From Macrostomum lignano (Eukaryota), in contig NIVC01001380.1 in NCBI GenBank assembly GCA_002269645.1, positions 124,001-188,000 on the forward strand: a stretch of DNA of 64,000 bases, given 5' to 3'. Under the pieces are notes generated by a model. That model did not search any database. It saw only the letters and a list, made by a program, of their open reading frames with translations, and was not told the origin of the DNA. How positions within the stretch are numbered: the first letter of the stretch is position 1; every line of letters starts with the position of its first letter. This document shows positions 1 through 12,435 of the stretch, piece after piece. The position numbers and the translations under genes were made by a program.

Positions 1-96
1 CTGTTCCGCTCTTATATTCTGCCTGATATGTCCTCTAATCCGCCCCCAATCCGCCCTATATTCCGCCCAACCCGCCACCGAATCCGCCCCTCTTCA

Positions 97-347
97 GACC
101 TGTTTCTCACCCAACCGCTCCCAAATCCGCCCCTCTACAAACCTGTCTCTCACCCAACCGCTCCCAAATCCGCCCCTCTACAAACCTGTCTCTCACCCAA
201 CCGCTCCCAAATCCGCCCCTCTACAAACCTGTCTCTCACCCAACCGCTCCCAAATCCGCCCCTCTACAAACCTGTCTCTCACCCAACCGCTCCCAAATCC
301 GCCCCTCTACAAACCTGTCTCTCACCCAACCGCTCCCAAATCCGCCC
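97..347. repeat. 43-bp minisatellite (CCAAATCCGCCCCTCTACAAACCTGTCTCTCACCCAACCGCTC)
   Basis: ~5-6 tandem copies ending just before the exon A acceptor. Confidence 0.9.
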
Positions 348-372
348 CGCCCCGTGTCGGCCAATCCCGCAG

Positions 373-636
373 TCCGAGTTGCGCGCCAGACGCGCCGAAG
401 CGCAGGACCGCCTGGCCGCCGTCAGCGCCGAGGTTGACGAGCTCCGCGCCGAGCGCGCCGACATGGAGCGGCGCCTCGGCCGAGCCGGGGCCGAGTTGGA
501 CGCCCTGGCCGCCGTGGGCGAAGAGCAGCGGGCGCGGCTGGAGGCCCGGCTGGCCGAGCTCACCGACACGGCGGCCGACTTGCGCGAGCGCCTCGCCGCC
601 AGCCTGGCCAGCCAGCGGCGACAGCAGATGGAGCTG
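373..636 (+). CDS. Coiled-coil protein, internal exon A (5' part of the gene lies outside the window or is unrecognised)
   Basis: cccgcag| acceptor at 371-372 and |gtgagg donor at 637, phase 0/0; GC-rich heptad-like SELRARRAEAQDRL...RRQQMEL. Confidence 0.8.
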
Positions 637-711
637 GTGAGGGAGTTGATGCTCGGGTGTTTGGATAATTTTAATCTTTAATTCCTCTGTGGTACTTGGC
701 TTCACTGATTC

Positions 712-1910
712 CACATCCTGATCCCAGATTCTGAATTCCCACATCCTCAGTTGCTTGGGTCATTATCCTCAAATCCCAGATCCCACATCCTCAAATCCTA
801 GATCCCACATTCTCAAATCCCAGATCCCATATCCTCAAATCCTAGATCCCACATCCTCAAATCCCAGATCCCATATCCTCAAATCCTAGATCCCACATCC
901 TCAAATGCCAGATCCCATATCCTCAAATCCCAGATCCCATATCCTCAAATCCCAGATCCCACATCCTCAAATCCCAGATCCCACATCCTCAAATTCCAGA
1001 TCCCGCATCCGCAAATCCTAGATCCCACATCCTCAAATTCCAGATCCCGCATCCGCAAATCCTAGATCCCACATCCTCAAATTCCAGATCCCACATCCTC
1101 AAATCCCAGATCCCACATCCTCAAATGCCAGATCCCACAACCTCAAATTCCAGATCCCATATCCTCAAATCCTAGATCCCACATCCTCAAATCCCAGATC
1201 CCACATCCTCAAATCCCAGATCCCACATCCTCAAATTCCAGATCCCGCATCCGCAAATCCTAGATCCCACATCCTCAAATTCCAGATCCCACATCCTCAA
1301 ATCCCAGATCCCACATCCTCAAATCCCAGATCCCATATCCTCAAATACCAGATCCCACTTCCTCAAATCCCAGATCCCACATCCTCAAATCCCAGATCCC
1401 ACATCCTCAAATCCCAGATCCCATATCCTCAAATACCAGATCCCACTTTCTCAAATACCAGATCCCACTTCCTCAAATCCCAGATCCCACATCCTCAAAT
1501 CCCAGATCCCACATCCTCAAATTCCAGATCCCACATCCTCAAATGCCAGATCCCACTTCCTCAAATACCAGATCCCACTTCCTCAAATCCCAGATCCCAC
1601 ATCCTCAAATTCCAGATCCCACATCCTCAAATGCCAGATCCCATATCCTCAAATCCCAGATCCCACATCCTCAAATGCCAGATCCCGCATCCGCAAATCC
1701 TAGATTTCACATCCTCAAATCCCAATTTTCATATCCTCAAATCCCAGATCCCACATCCTCAAATGCCAGATCCCATATCCGCAAAACCCAAATCTTCAAA
1801 TCCCAAATACTCAAATCCCAGGTCCCACATCCTTAAATCCCAAATCCCAAGTCCTCAAAACCCAAATCTTTAAATCCCAGATCCCATATCCTCAAATGCC
1901 AGATCTCACA
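712..1910. repeat. 22-bp minisatellite (ATCCTCAAATCCCAGATCCCAC)
   Basis: ~50 tandem copies, intronic. Confidence 0.95.
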
Positions 1911-1919
1911 TTCTCATAG

Positions 1920-1935
1920 GCCGAGGAGCAGCTGT

Positions 1936-1966
<31 letters not shown>

Positions 1967-2345
1967 AAGCATGATAACTTCGCCATCGACTCCCTCATCT
2001 TCTTCTCACCTGCTATTCCTGTCCGCCTCTGGCGGAGCCGCAATCTCATCTTTCGCCACCGCGGGCACCCCGACCGGAGCAGCTGGCAGGTTCGGTTTCG
2101 ACTCCGGCCTCGCCGGCGACTGTCTGGGCGAGTCGCTGTTTAGCGAGCTTGCCGGGTTCGGCGCCTCCGCCGCTCGCATGGACGGCCTTTATGACGAGGA
2201 CATCGAAGAGGACGAGGCCGATGCGCCAGTTGCTGCGTCGGCGGCGGCGCCAGCGGCTTCTGGCGAAGCGGAGACTCGGTCGGAGGAGTTCTTTGAAGAG
2301 GACGGCGTCGGGCGGCGGTGGGACAGACAGGGTGTTGAATCGCTG
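1920..2345 (+). CDS. Coiled-coil protein, exon B (polyQ, GESLFSEL motif, acidic tract)
   Basis: ctcatag| acceptor at 1918-1919 and |gtaagc donor at 2346; 426 nt, phase 0/0, in frame with ORF 1971-2363. Confidence 0.75.
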
Positions 2346-3109
2346 GTAAGCATACTAGGCTAGTGGTTGTGGGCATGTTGATGCGATACTCCCATTCAAG
2401 CAAGTCAGGGTTTCTTTGGGATTCTTTTTTTGAGTGATTTGGAATTCCATGGAATGCCTTATTTAAGCGATTCTTGATTCTCTAGAGATTCTCTTGTTTT
2501 TGCGATTCGGAATTCCATGGAATTGCCTTATTTAAGCGATTCGGAATTCCCTGAGGATTCCCTTGTTTGCGCGGTTCGGAATTCCTTATTTATTTATGCG
2601 ATTCGGAACTCCCCTGGGGGTTCCCTAGTCTGTGCGATTCTGAATTCCATGGAATTCCCTTATTTAGCTATTTGGGTCTCCCTTAGGATTCATTCCCTTG
2701 TTTGTGCGATTCGGGATTTACTATGTTAATTCCCTTATTTTCAAACAAGTTGGAACTTCCGCATTGGGTAAGTCGGGATTCCCCAATTGAAGCACGTGGG
2801 GATATCCTATTACGTCGGAGATTCTCTCATTAAGAAATTATTTATTCCATCATGAGAAAACTATTCGAGACTCCCTTATATAACAAGTTATGGCTCCTCT
2901 AAAACAACTTTGAAACAAACCAACAGTTCTAAAACAAACGAAATTTTTTTATTTAAGAAATTCGGGATTCTTCCTTTTTGGCAATCAAGAATTACTTTGT
3001 TTTTGCAATTTGGAATTCCAATATATATTTTTCAATAGGGAATTCCCCTATTAAGGCAATTGGGAATTCCCCTATTTCAGCAATTGGAAATTTCTCTATA
3101 AAAGCAATT

Positions 3110-5135
3110 GGGATTTCCCTATTTGAGCAATGGGGATTCTCCTATTTGAGCAGTCGGGATTCTCGTATTTGAGCAGTCGGGATTCTCGTATTTGAGCAGT
3201 CGGGATTCTCGTATTTGAGCAGTCGGGATTCTCGTATTTGAGCAGTCGGGATTCTCCTATTTGAGCAGTCGGGATTCTCCTATTTGAGCAGTCGGGATTC
3301 TCCTATTTGAGCAGTCGGGATTCTCGTATTTGAGCAGTCGGGATTCTCCTATTTGAGCAGTCGGGATTCTCCTATTTGAGCAGTTGAGGATTCTCCTATT
3401 TGAGCAGTCGGGATTCTCGTATTTGAGCAGTTGAGGATTCTCCTATTTGAGCAGTCGGGATTCTCCTATTTGAGCAGTCGGGATTCTCCTATTTGAGCAG
3501 TCGGGATTCTCCTATTTGAGCAGTTGAGGATTCTCCTATTTGAGCAGTTGAGGATTCTCCTATTTGAGCAGTCGGGATTCTCCTATTTGAGCAGTCGGGA
3601 TTCTCCTATTTGAGCAGTCGGGATTCTCCTATTTGAGCAGTTGAGGATTCTCCTATTTGAGCAGTTGAGGATTCTCCTATTTGAGCAGTCGGGATTCTCC
3701 TATTTGAGCAGTCGGGATTCTCCTATTTGAGCAGTCGGGATTCTCCTATTTGAGCAGTCGGGATTCTCCTATTTGAGCAGTTGAGGATTCTCCTATTTGA
3801 GCAGTCGGGATTCTCCTATTTGAGCAGTCGGGATTCTCCTATTTGAGCAGTTGAGGATTCTCCTATTTGAGCAGTCGGGATTCTCCTATTTGAGCAGTCG
3901 GGATTCTCCTATTTGAGCAGTCGGGATTCTCCTATTTGAGCAGTCGGGATTCTCCTATTTGAGCAGTTGAGGATTCTCCTATTTGAGCAGTTGAGGATTC
4001 TCCTATTTGAGCAGTCGGGATTCTCCTATTTGAGCAGTTAAGGATTTTCCTATTTGAGCAGTCGGGATTCTCCTATTTGAGCAGTCGGGATTCTCCTATT
4101 TGAGCAGTTGAGGATTCTCCTATTTGAGCAGTTGAGGATTCTCCTATTTGAGCAGTCGGGATTCTCCTATTTGAGCAGTCGGGATTTTCCTATTTGAGCA
4201 GTCGGGATTCTCCTATTTGAGCAGTCGGGATTCTCCTATTTGAGCAGTCGGGATTCTCCTATTTGAGCAGTCGGGATTCTCCTATTTGAGCAGTTGAGGA
4301 TTCTCCTATTTGAGCAGTTGAGGATTCTCCTATTTGAGCAGTCGGGATTCTCCTATTTGAGCAGTTAAGGATTTTCCTATTTGAGCAGTCGGGATTCTCC
4401 TATTTGAGCAGTCGGGATTCTCCTATTTGAGCAGTCGGGATTCTCCTATTTGAGCAGTCGGGATTCTCCTATTTGAGCAGTTGAGGATTCTCCTATTTGA
4501 GCAGTCGGGATTCTCCTATTTGAGCAGTCGGGATTCTCCTATTTGAGCAGTTGAGGATTCTCCTATTTGAGCAGTCGGGATTCTCCTATTTGAGCAGTCG
4601 GGATTCTCCTATTTGAGCAGTCGGGATTCTCCTATTTGAGCAGTTGAGGATTCTCCTATTTGAGCAGTTGAGGATTCTCCTATTTGAGCAGTCGGGATTC
4701 TCCTATTTGAGCAGTTAAGGATTTTCCTATTTGAGCAGTCGGGATTCTCCTATTTGAGCAGTCGGGATTCTCCTATTTGAGCAGTTGAGGATTCTCCTAT
4801 TTGAGCAGTTGAGGATTCTCCTATTTGAGCAGTCGGGATTCTCCTATTTGAGCAGTCGGGATTTTCCTATTTGAGCAGTCGGGATTCTCCTATTTGAGCA
4901 GTCGGGATTCTCCTATTTGAGCAGTCGGGATTCTCCTATTTGAGCAGTCGGGATTCTCCTATTTGAGCAGTTGAGGATTCTCCTATTTGAGCAGTTGAGG
5001 ATTCTCCTATTTGAGCAGTCGGGATTCTCCTATTTGAGCAGTTAAGGATTTTCCTATTTGAGCAGTCGGGATTCTCCTATTTGAGCAGTTAAGGATTTTC
5101 CTATTTGAGCAGTCTGGATTCCCCTATTTAAGCAG
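3110..5135. repeat. 23-bp minisatellite (GGGATTCTCCTATTTGAGCAGTC)
   Basis: ~85-90 near-identical copies with GTTGAGGATT variant units. Confidence 0.95.
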
Positions 5136-5220
5136 GCGGGGAACTCTCCAGTGAAATCTTTGCGCTAGAAATCCAAGCATCTAAAGAAATTCTAACAATA
5201 ATTCAACAATTGTATTTCAG

Positions 5221-5313
5221 AATCGCCTGATAGAAAATCTGCAAACCGAATTGCAATTAAAAAATCAACAACTGGAGGAGCAGAGCTGCGAGTTGCGGCA
5301 GACAAAGAGCGAG
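5221..5313 (+). CDS. Coiled-coil protein, exon C (NRLIENLQTELQLKNQQLEEQSCELRQTKSE)
   Basis: tttcag| acceptor and |gtaatt donor; 93 nt, phase 0/0, heptad pattern. Confidence 0.75.
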
Positions 5314-5689
5314 GTAATTCAGTTTTTTTAATTTTTAGAAAAGTTATTTTAAAATATTTTTATTTATGACCCTCATACATGGCTCTTGTGTCACGATCTT
5401 TCAGCTGCAAACACTTCAGGTATACCATATATGTATATGTGCTGTCTTCCATGTTGTTATAGTTTTAGTGTTTTAAAATATTTCATAATCAATGTTGTAC
5501 TTTAATTCAAATTTGTTTTATGCTTGTTGTATTTTTTATTTCTAAGCATGAATGTTTAAACTGTTAAAATAAGCCATAGTTCAAGGAGTTCTTAACGAAA
5601 CATCTGGTGTGGAGACTCCGAGTATGCAATTCAAATTTTCACTTCGTGCTGCAGTCCGAATGCTATTTTTAGAATCCTCCCTTTTTCAG

Positions 5690-5772
5690 TTGAGCTTCCA
5701 GCAACGCCAGACGGAAGCGCTATTGGCTAATGAGTCCGCTATGAAACGAGATCAAAAGGACGCTGCTGAGAA
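5690..5772 (+). CDS. Coiled-coil protein, exon D (LSFQQRQTEALLANESAMKRDQKDAAEK)
   Basis: tttttcag| acceptor and |gtaaga donor; phase 0 to 2, matching the next exon. Confidence 0.75.
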
Positions 5773-5904
5773 GTAAGAGCCAGCTGCTGTAGATTTCCTT
5801 TGTGGGGGATTCCCCGTAGCTATTTTAGCTATTTTTGCATTGGTTTCCCCATTGGTTCTGTAGTTTTCTTGGAAGGGATTCCCGTGTCTGCTCTTCTAAA
5901 AGGG

Positions 5905-6320
5905 GTTCCCCCATATCTACTGTAGTTTACTAATAAGGGGATTCCCCATTGCTACTGTAGTTTACTAAGAAGGGGATTCCTCATTGCTACTGTAGTTTAC
6001 TAAAAAGGGGATTCCTCATTGCTACTGTAGTTTACTAAGAAGGGGATTCCTCATTGCTACTGTAGTTTACTAAGAAGGGGATTTCCATTGCTACTGTAGT
6101 TTACTAAGAAGGGGATTCCCCATTGCTACTGTAGTTTACTAAGAAGGGGATTCCCCATTGCTACTGTAGTTTACTAAGAAGGGGATTCCCCATTGCTACT
6201 GTAGTTAAGTAAAAGGGGATTCCCCATTGCTACTGTAGTTAAGTAAAAGGGGATTCCCCAGTTACTAAGAATAGTATTCCCCATTGCTAATGTAGTTTAC
6301 TAAGAAGAGGATTCTCCATT
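5905..6320. repeat. 35-bp minisatellite with GGGGATTCCCC core
   Basis: AAGGGGATTCCCCATTGCTACTGTAGTTTACTAAG tandem copies. Confidence 0.9.
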
Positions 6321-6417
6321 TTATTAACTATTTTTATGGGAAGAGGATTCCCTGTTCTTATCAATTGAGATACTGTACTGGGTTTTAAAAAATGTGCACT
6401 ACTATTTTCACCTACAG

Positions 6418-6514
6418 GCGAATCTGCTTGGAGTCGCAGCTGTCAAGGATGAAAGCCGAAGTTGAACGGCTCAATAGCGAGCTAAACATCGGCGGATGCT
6501 CTCGTGAAAACTGA
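6418..6514 (+). CDS. Coiled-coil protein, terminal exon (RICLESQLSRMKAEVERLNSELNIGGCSREN*)
   Basis: cctacag| acceptor, phase 2 completes an AAG codon, TGA at 6512-6514, ATTAAA at 6598-6603; the five exons sum to 963 nt with no internal stop. Confidence 0.75.
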
Positions 6515-6686
6515 GAACTTTATCAGTGTTCTGCTGGTTGGCTATTAATGTGGATGATTATTTTTCGATTTTATTGTTTATCAGCTACGAGCGTCGTATT
6601 AAATTTGCGTCACAATTTCGTTTGCGTAATCAGCGTTTCTTTATGAAATTTGTTGTTCCATTTCGCTTACATTCCGTCTAGGATTC

Positions 6687-6935
6687 CCGCATGTACATAA
6701 AGGGTATTCTCCATTGATGCATGTACATGAAGGGGATTCCCCATTGATGCATGACATGAAGGGTATTCCCCATTGATGCATGTACATAAAGGGGATTCCC
6801 CATTGATGCATGTACATGAAGGGGATTCCCCACTGATGCATGTACATTTAGGGGATTCCCCATTGATGCATGTACACAAAGGGTATTCCCCATTGATGCA
6901 TGTACATGAAGGGGATTCCCAATCGATGCTTGTAC
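6687..6935. repeat. 30-bp minisatellite (CATGTACATGAAGGGGATTCCCCATTGATG)
   Basis: ~8 tandem copies. Confidence 0.9.
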
Positions 6936-7547
6936 ATGTAGGGGGTTTCTTTATAGAGTTTTTTACGTGAATTAAAAGGATTCGATCAATCTGTATATAC
7001 GAAGGAATTCCCCATCGATATATGTACTTAGATGACATTCAACATCAATGTGCAAGAACAGGGATTCCCCCCACAACGCGTACATCGGTGTGTGTACTTT
7101 TTTAGGATTTCCCTTTGCTCTGTAAGAAATTTCTTATCTTTGCTGCTGAAAAATTTCGCATGCCAATTTCCCCTGACATTCCATTTTGGGTTTATACGTG
7201 TTTGGATCTTCTTTTCTAATAAATTAACTCCATCTTCTTGCATAAGCTAGCATATTTATTTGTTTACTATAAGCAAAATAAGAGTCTTGTTAAGTAGCAG
7301 AGAGTTACTCAATGCAAAACAGCTATAGATCAGCTATTGTTTACATTTTAAAATATTTTATTTCAATTTTTAATTTTAGAGTTTTACGCACCGACAATCC
7401 TTTATTCTGTGCTGTCAATGCTGTTTTTTTGAGAACGTACACAACTTCACGATGTACTTTTAAGTCGCCATTATCTTGCTGGGATTTATTTTTGTGTTAA
7501 ATAATTTTCCTGCATTCCAAAACTAAACTACGAGAGTAGAGTGGTAA

Positions 7548-8335
7548 AAACTACAGGTAGAATCCTAAAAACTACAGATAGTTGTAGTTTTCTATTCTAC
7601 TATAGATAATTTAGTAGATAATGTAGTTTCTCAGAAACTACAGGTAGAATCTCAGAGACTACAGGTAGAATCTCAGAAAATACAGGTAGAATCTCAGAAA
7701 CTACAGGTAGAATCTCAGAGACTACAGGTAGAATCTCAGAAAATACAGGTAGAATCTCAGAGACTACAGGTAGAATCCCAGTAACTACAGGTAGAATCTC
7801 AGAAACTATAGGTAGAATCTCAGAAACTACAGACAGAATCTCAGAAACTACAGACAGAATCCCAGAAACTACAGGTAGAATCCCAGAAACTACAGGTAGA
7901 ATCTCAGAAACTACAGGTAGAATCGCAGAAACTACAGGTAGAATCTCAGAAACTACAGGTAGAATCGCAGAAACTACAGGTAGAATCTCAAAAACTACAG
8001 GTAGAATCTCAGAAACTACAGATAGAATCCCAGAAACTACAGGTAGAATCGCAGAAACTACAGTTAGAATCTCAGAAACTACAGGTAGAATCTCAGAAAC
8101 TACAGGTAGAATCCCAGAAACTACAGGTAGAATCGCAGAAACTACAGTTAGAATCTCAGAAACTATAGGTAGAATCTCAGAAACTACAGGTAGAATCACA
8201 GAAACTACAGGTAGAATCCCAGAAACTACAGGTAGAATCCTAGAAACTACAGGTAGAATCCCAGAAACTACAGGTAGAATCCTAGAAACTACAGGTAGAA
8301 TCCCAGAAACTACAGGTAGAATCCTAGAAACTACT
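7548..8335. repeat. 21-bp minisatellite (ACTACAGGTAGAATCTCAGAA)
   Basis: tandem copies; source of the VSEILPV ORF. Confidence 0.95.
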
Positions 8336-9132
8336 GTTATAACTTTGCACAAACTAATTTATCTGAGCTAAGGCTTGAATTTGGGTTGCAGTTAAACAAA
8401 TTTTAGTTAAGTTTTCCTCGCACCTAATGTTATATAAACTAGGTTAAGAATTTTAAACTATAAGAGCAAAAATTTAATTATCTTCTATGGCTTTATTTAT
8501 AGCAATATTTATGCAGAGTTTTTGTGTGTTCGAATTTTCTTTTACATTGCCATTTTCCCGACAAAAATCGCCAGATTTAATTAAATTCTTTTTCGTTGTT
8601 TCTTTGTGTTGGGTGTCCGATATTGATTTTGCTTAACCGACTTTTTCCCAATGCTACTACTGTGTGCAGTTAATAACATTTTTTGTAAGCATTTTTAAAT
8701 TTAAACAAAAACACTCCGTTCGTACTACTGTAACTACAGCAGCATATATAAATGCGGATGCAAGTGTGAGCATTTTTAACCAATTGTTGCAATGCAAATA
8801 TTCTTCTAGAATTCATAATTTGCAATATCTGATATACACTTCGTTTATACACAGCTAGAACTCTGTTTAAACTGCTTTTTGTAAAAAGGGCACATCAGTT
8901 GAAAACGTTTCAAATTATTCATATGACTCGACATTCCGACATTTTATAAATATATGGTTGCGAGTCTTCGTTACTGAAATTTGGCATGTGCAAATGCTGC
9001 CCTTGCTAGACTTTTGGAACATTTAAACTTTTCCTGTTAATTTAATTCCTAAATCTGATTCTTTTTAGTGAACTCAAAGTTAGAACATTGCTGATTGAGC
9101 GGTTCGTTGTTTTGATGCTCTTAGTGTGCTAA

Positions 9133-9363
9133 TCTGTCTGTCCATCTATCTGTCTGTCCATCTATCTGTCTGTCCATCTATCTGTCTGTCCATCTATCTG
9201 TCTGTCCATCTATCTGTCTGTCCATCTATCTGTCTGTCCATCTATCTGTCTGTCCATCTATCTGTCTGTCCATCTATCTGTCTGTCCACCTATCTGTCTG
9301 TCCATCTATCTGTCTGTCCATCTATCTGTCTGTCTATCTATCTACCTATCTATCTATCTATGC

Positions 9364-9398
<35 letters not shown>

Positions 9399-9408
9399 CA
9401 TCTATCTT

Positions 9409-9467
<59 letters not shown>

Positions 9468-9492
9468 GTCTGTCTGTCTGTCCATCTATCTG

Positions 9493-9564
<72 letters not shown>

Positions 9565-9565
9565 C

Positions 9566-9643
<78 letters not shown>

Positions 9644-9776
9644 GTCTGTCCATCTATCTGTGTATCTATCTATCTATCTATCTATCTATCCTTATATCTG
9701 TGTATCTATCTATCTATCTATCTTTCTATCTATCTATCTTTCTTTCTATTTATTTATCTATCTATCTATCTATCTT

Positions 9777-9808
<32 letters not shown>

Positions 9809-9827
9809 CCTATCTATCTATCTATGC

Positions 9828-9881
<54 letters not shown>

Positions 9882-9932
9882 ATATCTATCTATCTATCTA
9901 TCTATCTATCTGTCTGTCTGTCCATCTATCTG

Positions 9933-10003
<71 letters not shown>

Positions 10004-10004
10004 G

Positions 10005-10045
<41 letters not shown>

Positions 10046-10060
10046 TCATCTTTCTATCTG
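9133..10060. repeat. (TATC)n/(TGTC)n compound microsatellite
   Basis: ~930 bp of tetranucleotide repeat ending ~130 bp upstream of the GNPAT ATG. Confidence 0.95.
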
Positions 10061-10193
10061 TCAGAAAAATACAGCAAAAGTACACAATATTTAAAACAAA
10101 TTGCAGACTGCATACGTAAAAACCGAATGCTACAGAAAGTTACCCGTATCTTATTAAAAAAAACAAAAACCGTCTTACTGAGGCGCCTCGGCC

Positions 10194-10637
10194 ATGTTTA
10201 ACGGCAGTTTCTCGGACACTTGGCAGGCCAACGAAAAAACTGGCCGACCTCGCAAAGGAGTCTTCGAGGATCTGGTGGACGAAAGGCGGCAGCGAGGCGA
10301 CCTGGGCTGGGTGCTCAGGACTCGGCGGTCGGTGCCGAGCCCGGCATTCTGCGCCGCCGGGACGTCGGCAGCGTCGGCAGCGATAAAGTCATCGAAATCG
10401 CCTGCAGACATCAATCGAGACGTTCTATCGAGCGACCGGTTGACTTACGGACTGCGCGAGATCAGCTTGGAGACTGGGCGGCCCATGCCCGAGTTGATGT
10501 CGGAGGCTGGGGCTATACTAGACGAGATGTCGCACTGTTTGAGTATGTTTGCTATTCGCAGTTTCGGCTATGCCGTTGCCAAGGTGATGAAACGAATCTA
10601 TCGAGGCGTGTTCGTTAATACGGAGGGGATAACGCAG
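10194..10637 (+). CDS. GNPAT: Dihydroxyacetone phosphate acyltransferase (GNPAT/DHAPAT), exon 1
   Basis: GCCATG start; FEDLVDERR and ILDEMSHCLSMFAIR resemble the GNPAT N-terminus (FEDILEERR, ILDEMSHKL); |gtgaga donor at 10638. Confidence 0.9.
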
Positions 10638-10687
10638 GTGAGAGTTCCATGAAGTCTGTCTTCTAACCTGGGTCAGTTGGAGTGCTC

Positions 10688-11660
10688 GCTCTCACTTTAG
10701 CTGTCACTCTCGCTCTCACTCTAGCTGTCACTCTCCCTCTGTCACTCTACATGGCCGTCACTTTCCCTCTCTCACTCTAGCTGTCACTTTCGCTCTCACT
10801 CTAGCTGTCACTCCCCCTCACTCTAGCTATCACTTCCCCTCACTCTAGCTGTCACTCCCCTCTCACTCTAGCTGTCACTTTCGCTCTCACTCTAGCTGTC
10901 ACTCCCCCTCACTCTAGCTATCACTTCCCCTCACTCTAGCTGTCACTCCCCTCTCACTCTAGCTGTCACTTTCGCTCTCACTCTAGCTGTCACTCCCCCT
11001 CACTCTAGCTGTCACTCCCCCTCACTCTAGCTGTCACTTCCCCTCACTCTAGCTGTCACTCCCCCTCACTCTAGCTGTCACTTTCGCTCTCACTCTAGCT
11101 GACACTCCCCCTCACTTTAGCTGCCACTCCCCCTCACTCTAGCTGTCACTTCCCCTCACTCTAGCTGTCACTCCCCCTCACTCTAGCTGTCACTTCCCCT
11201 CACTCTAGCTGTCACTCCCCCTCACTCTAGCTGTCACTCCCCTCTCACTCTAGCTGTCACTCCCCTTCACTCTAGCTGTCACTCCCTCTCACTCTAGCTG
11301 TCACTTTCGCTCTCACTCTAGCTGTCACTCCCCCTCACTCTAGCTGTCACTCCCCCTCACTCTAGCTGTCACTTCCCCTCACTCTAGCTGTCACTCCCCC
11401 TCACTCTAGCTGTCACTTCCCCTCACTCTAGCTGTCACTCCCCCTCACTCTAGCTGTCACTCCCCTCTCACTCTAGCTGTCACTTTCGCTCTCACTCTAG
11501 CCTTCACTTTTCTCTGTCACTCTACATAGCAGTCACTCTCGCTCTCTCACTCTAGCTGTCACTGTCGCTCTCTCACTCTAGCTGTCACTCACACTCTCAG
11601 TCTAGCTGTCACTGTCGCTCTCTCACTCTAGCTGTCACTCTCCCTCTCTCACTCTAGCTT
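10688..11660. repeat. ~22-bp minisatellite (CACTCTAGCTGTCACTCCCCCT), GNPAT intron 1
   Basis: tandem copies with length variants. Confidence 0.95.
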
Positions 11661-11745
11661 TGCTCTATTAATTTTTAACTTGGTTCTGTCAAACGCGCTG
11701 CCCGCCTACTATAAGTAGTCAAAAACCTACCCCTCTTTCATTCAG

Positions 11746-11875
11746 CTGCGCAAAGCCTGCTCAGAGTATCCTGTGGTGCTCATGCCCATGCACCGCAGCT
11801 ACGCTGACTTCCTGCTGCTCTCGCTGGTCTGCTACGACTATGACCTGCCCCTGCCGGCCATCGCCTCCGCCATGG
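11746..11875 (+). CDS. GNPAT: GNPAT exon 2 (catalytic HxxxxD motif, PMHRSYAD)
   Basis: ttcattcag| acceptor; LRKACSEYPVVLMPMHRSYADFLLLSLVCYDYDLPLPAIASAM; |gtgagc donor, phase 1. Confidence 0.95.
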
Positions 11876-12014
11876 GTGAGCCTGGGGTGGGCCGAGTTTA
11901 GAGGCGTTCTGAGAATCCACTGAAGCTTTTAGAGATATCGAGAGAAGCGTTTGACCTGTTTTGTGATGCAACTGGCGTCTTTACTTTAGCCTTGCATGAT
12001 ACCCCAGGACTCCA

Positions 12015-12435
12015 GCCAACTCTCCCGCTCTCCCTCTCAGCCCTCCACTCTTCCCTCTTACCCTCACACTCTCCTCTCTAACCCTCCCACTCTCCTCTCT
12101 CACCCCCAACTCACTCTATCACCCTCCCACTCTCCTCTCTCACCCTCCCACTCTAACCTCTCACCCTCTCACTCTGACCTCTCACCCTGCCACTCTCCCC
12201 TCTCACCCTCCCACTCTCCCCTCTCACCCTCCCACTCTCCCCGCTCTCCCCTCTCACCCCCGCTCTCCCCTCTCACCCCCGCTCTCCCTCTCACCCCCGC
12301 TCTCCCCTCTCACCCCGCTCTCCCCTCACTCTCCTACTCACCCTATCACCTTCCCACCCTCCCACTCTCCCTCTCACCCTCCCACTCTCTCCTCTTAGCC
12401 CTCCGATCTCCCCTTCTCACCCCCACTCTCTCCCT
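12015..12435. repeat. CT-rich degenerate repeat, GNPAT intron 2
   Basis: CTCTCACCCTCCCACT-like units. Confidence 0.85.

Noticed and set aside
3110-5135. CRISPR-like appearance of regular 21-49-bp repeats
   Set aside because: Units are head-to-tail with no unique spacers, there are no cas genes, and the context is eukaryotic and spliced
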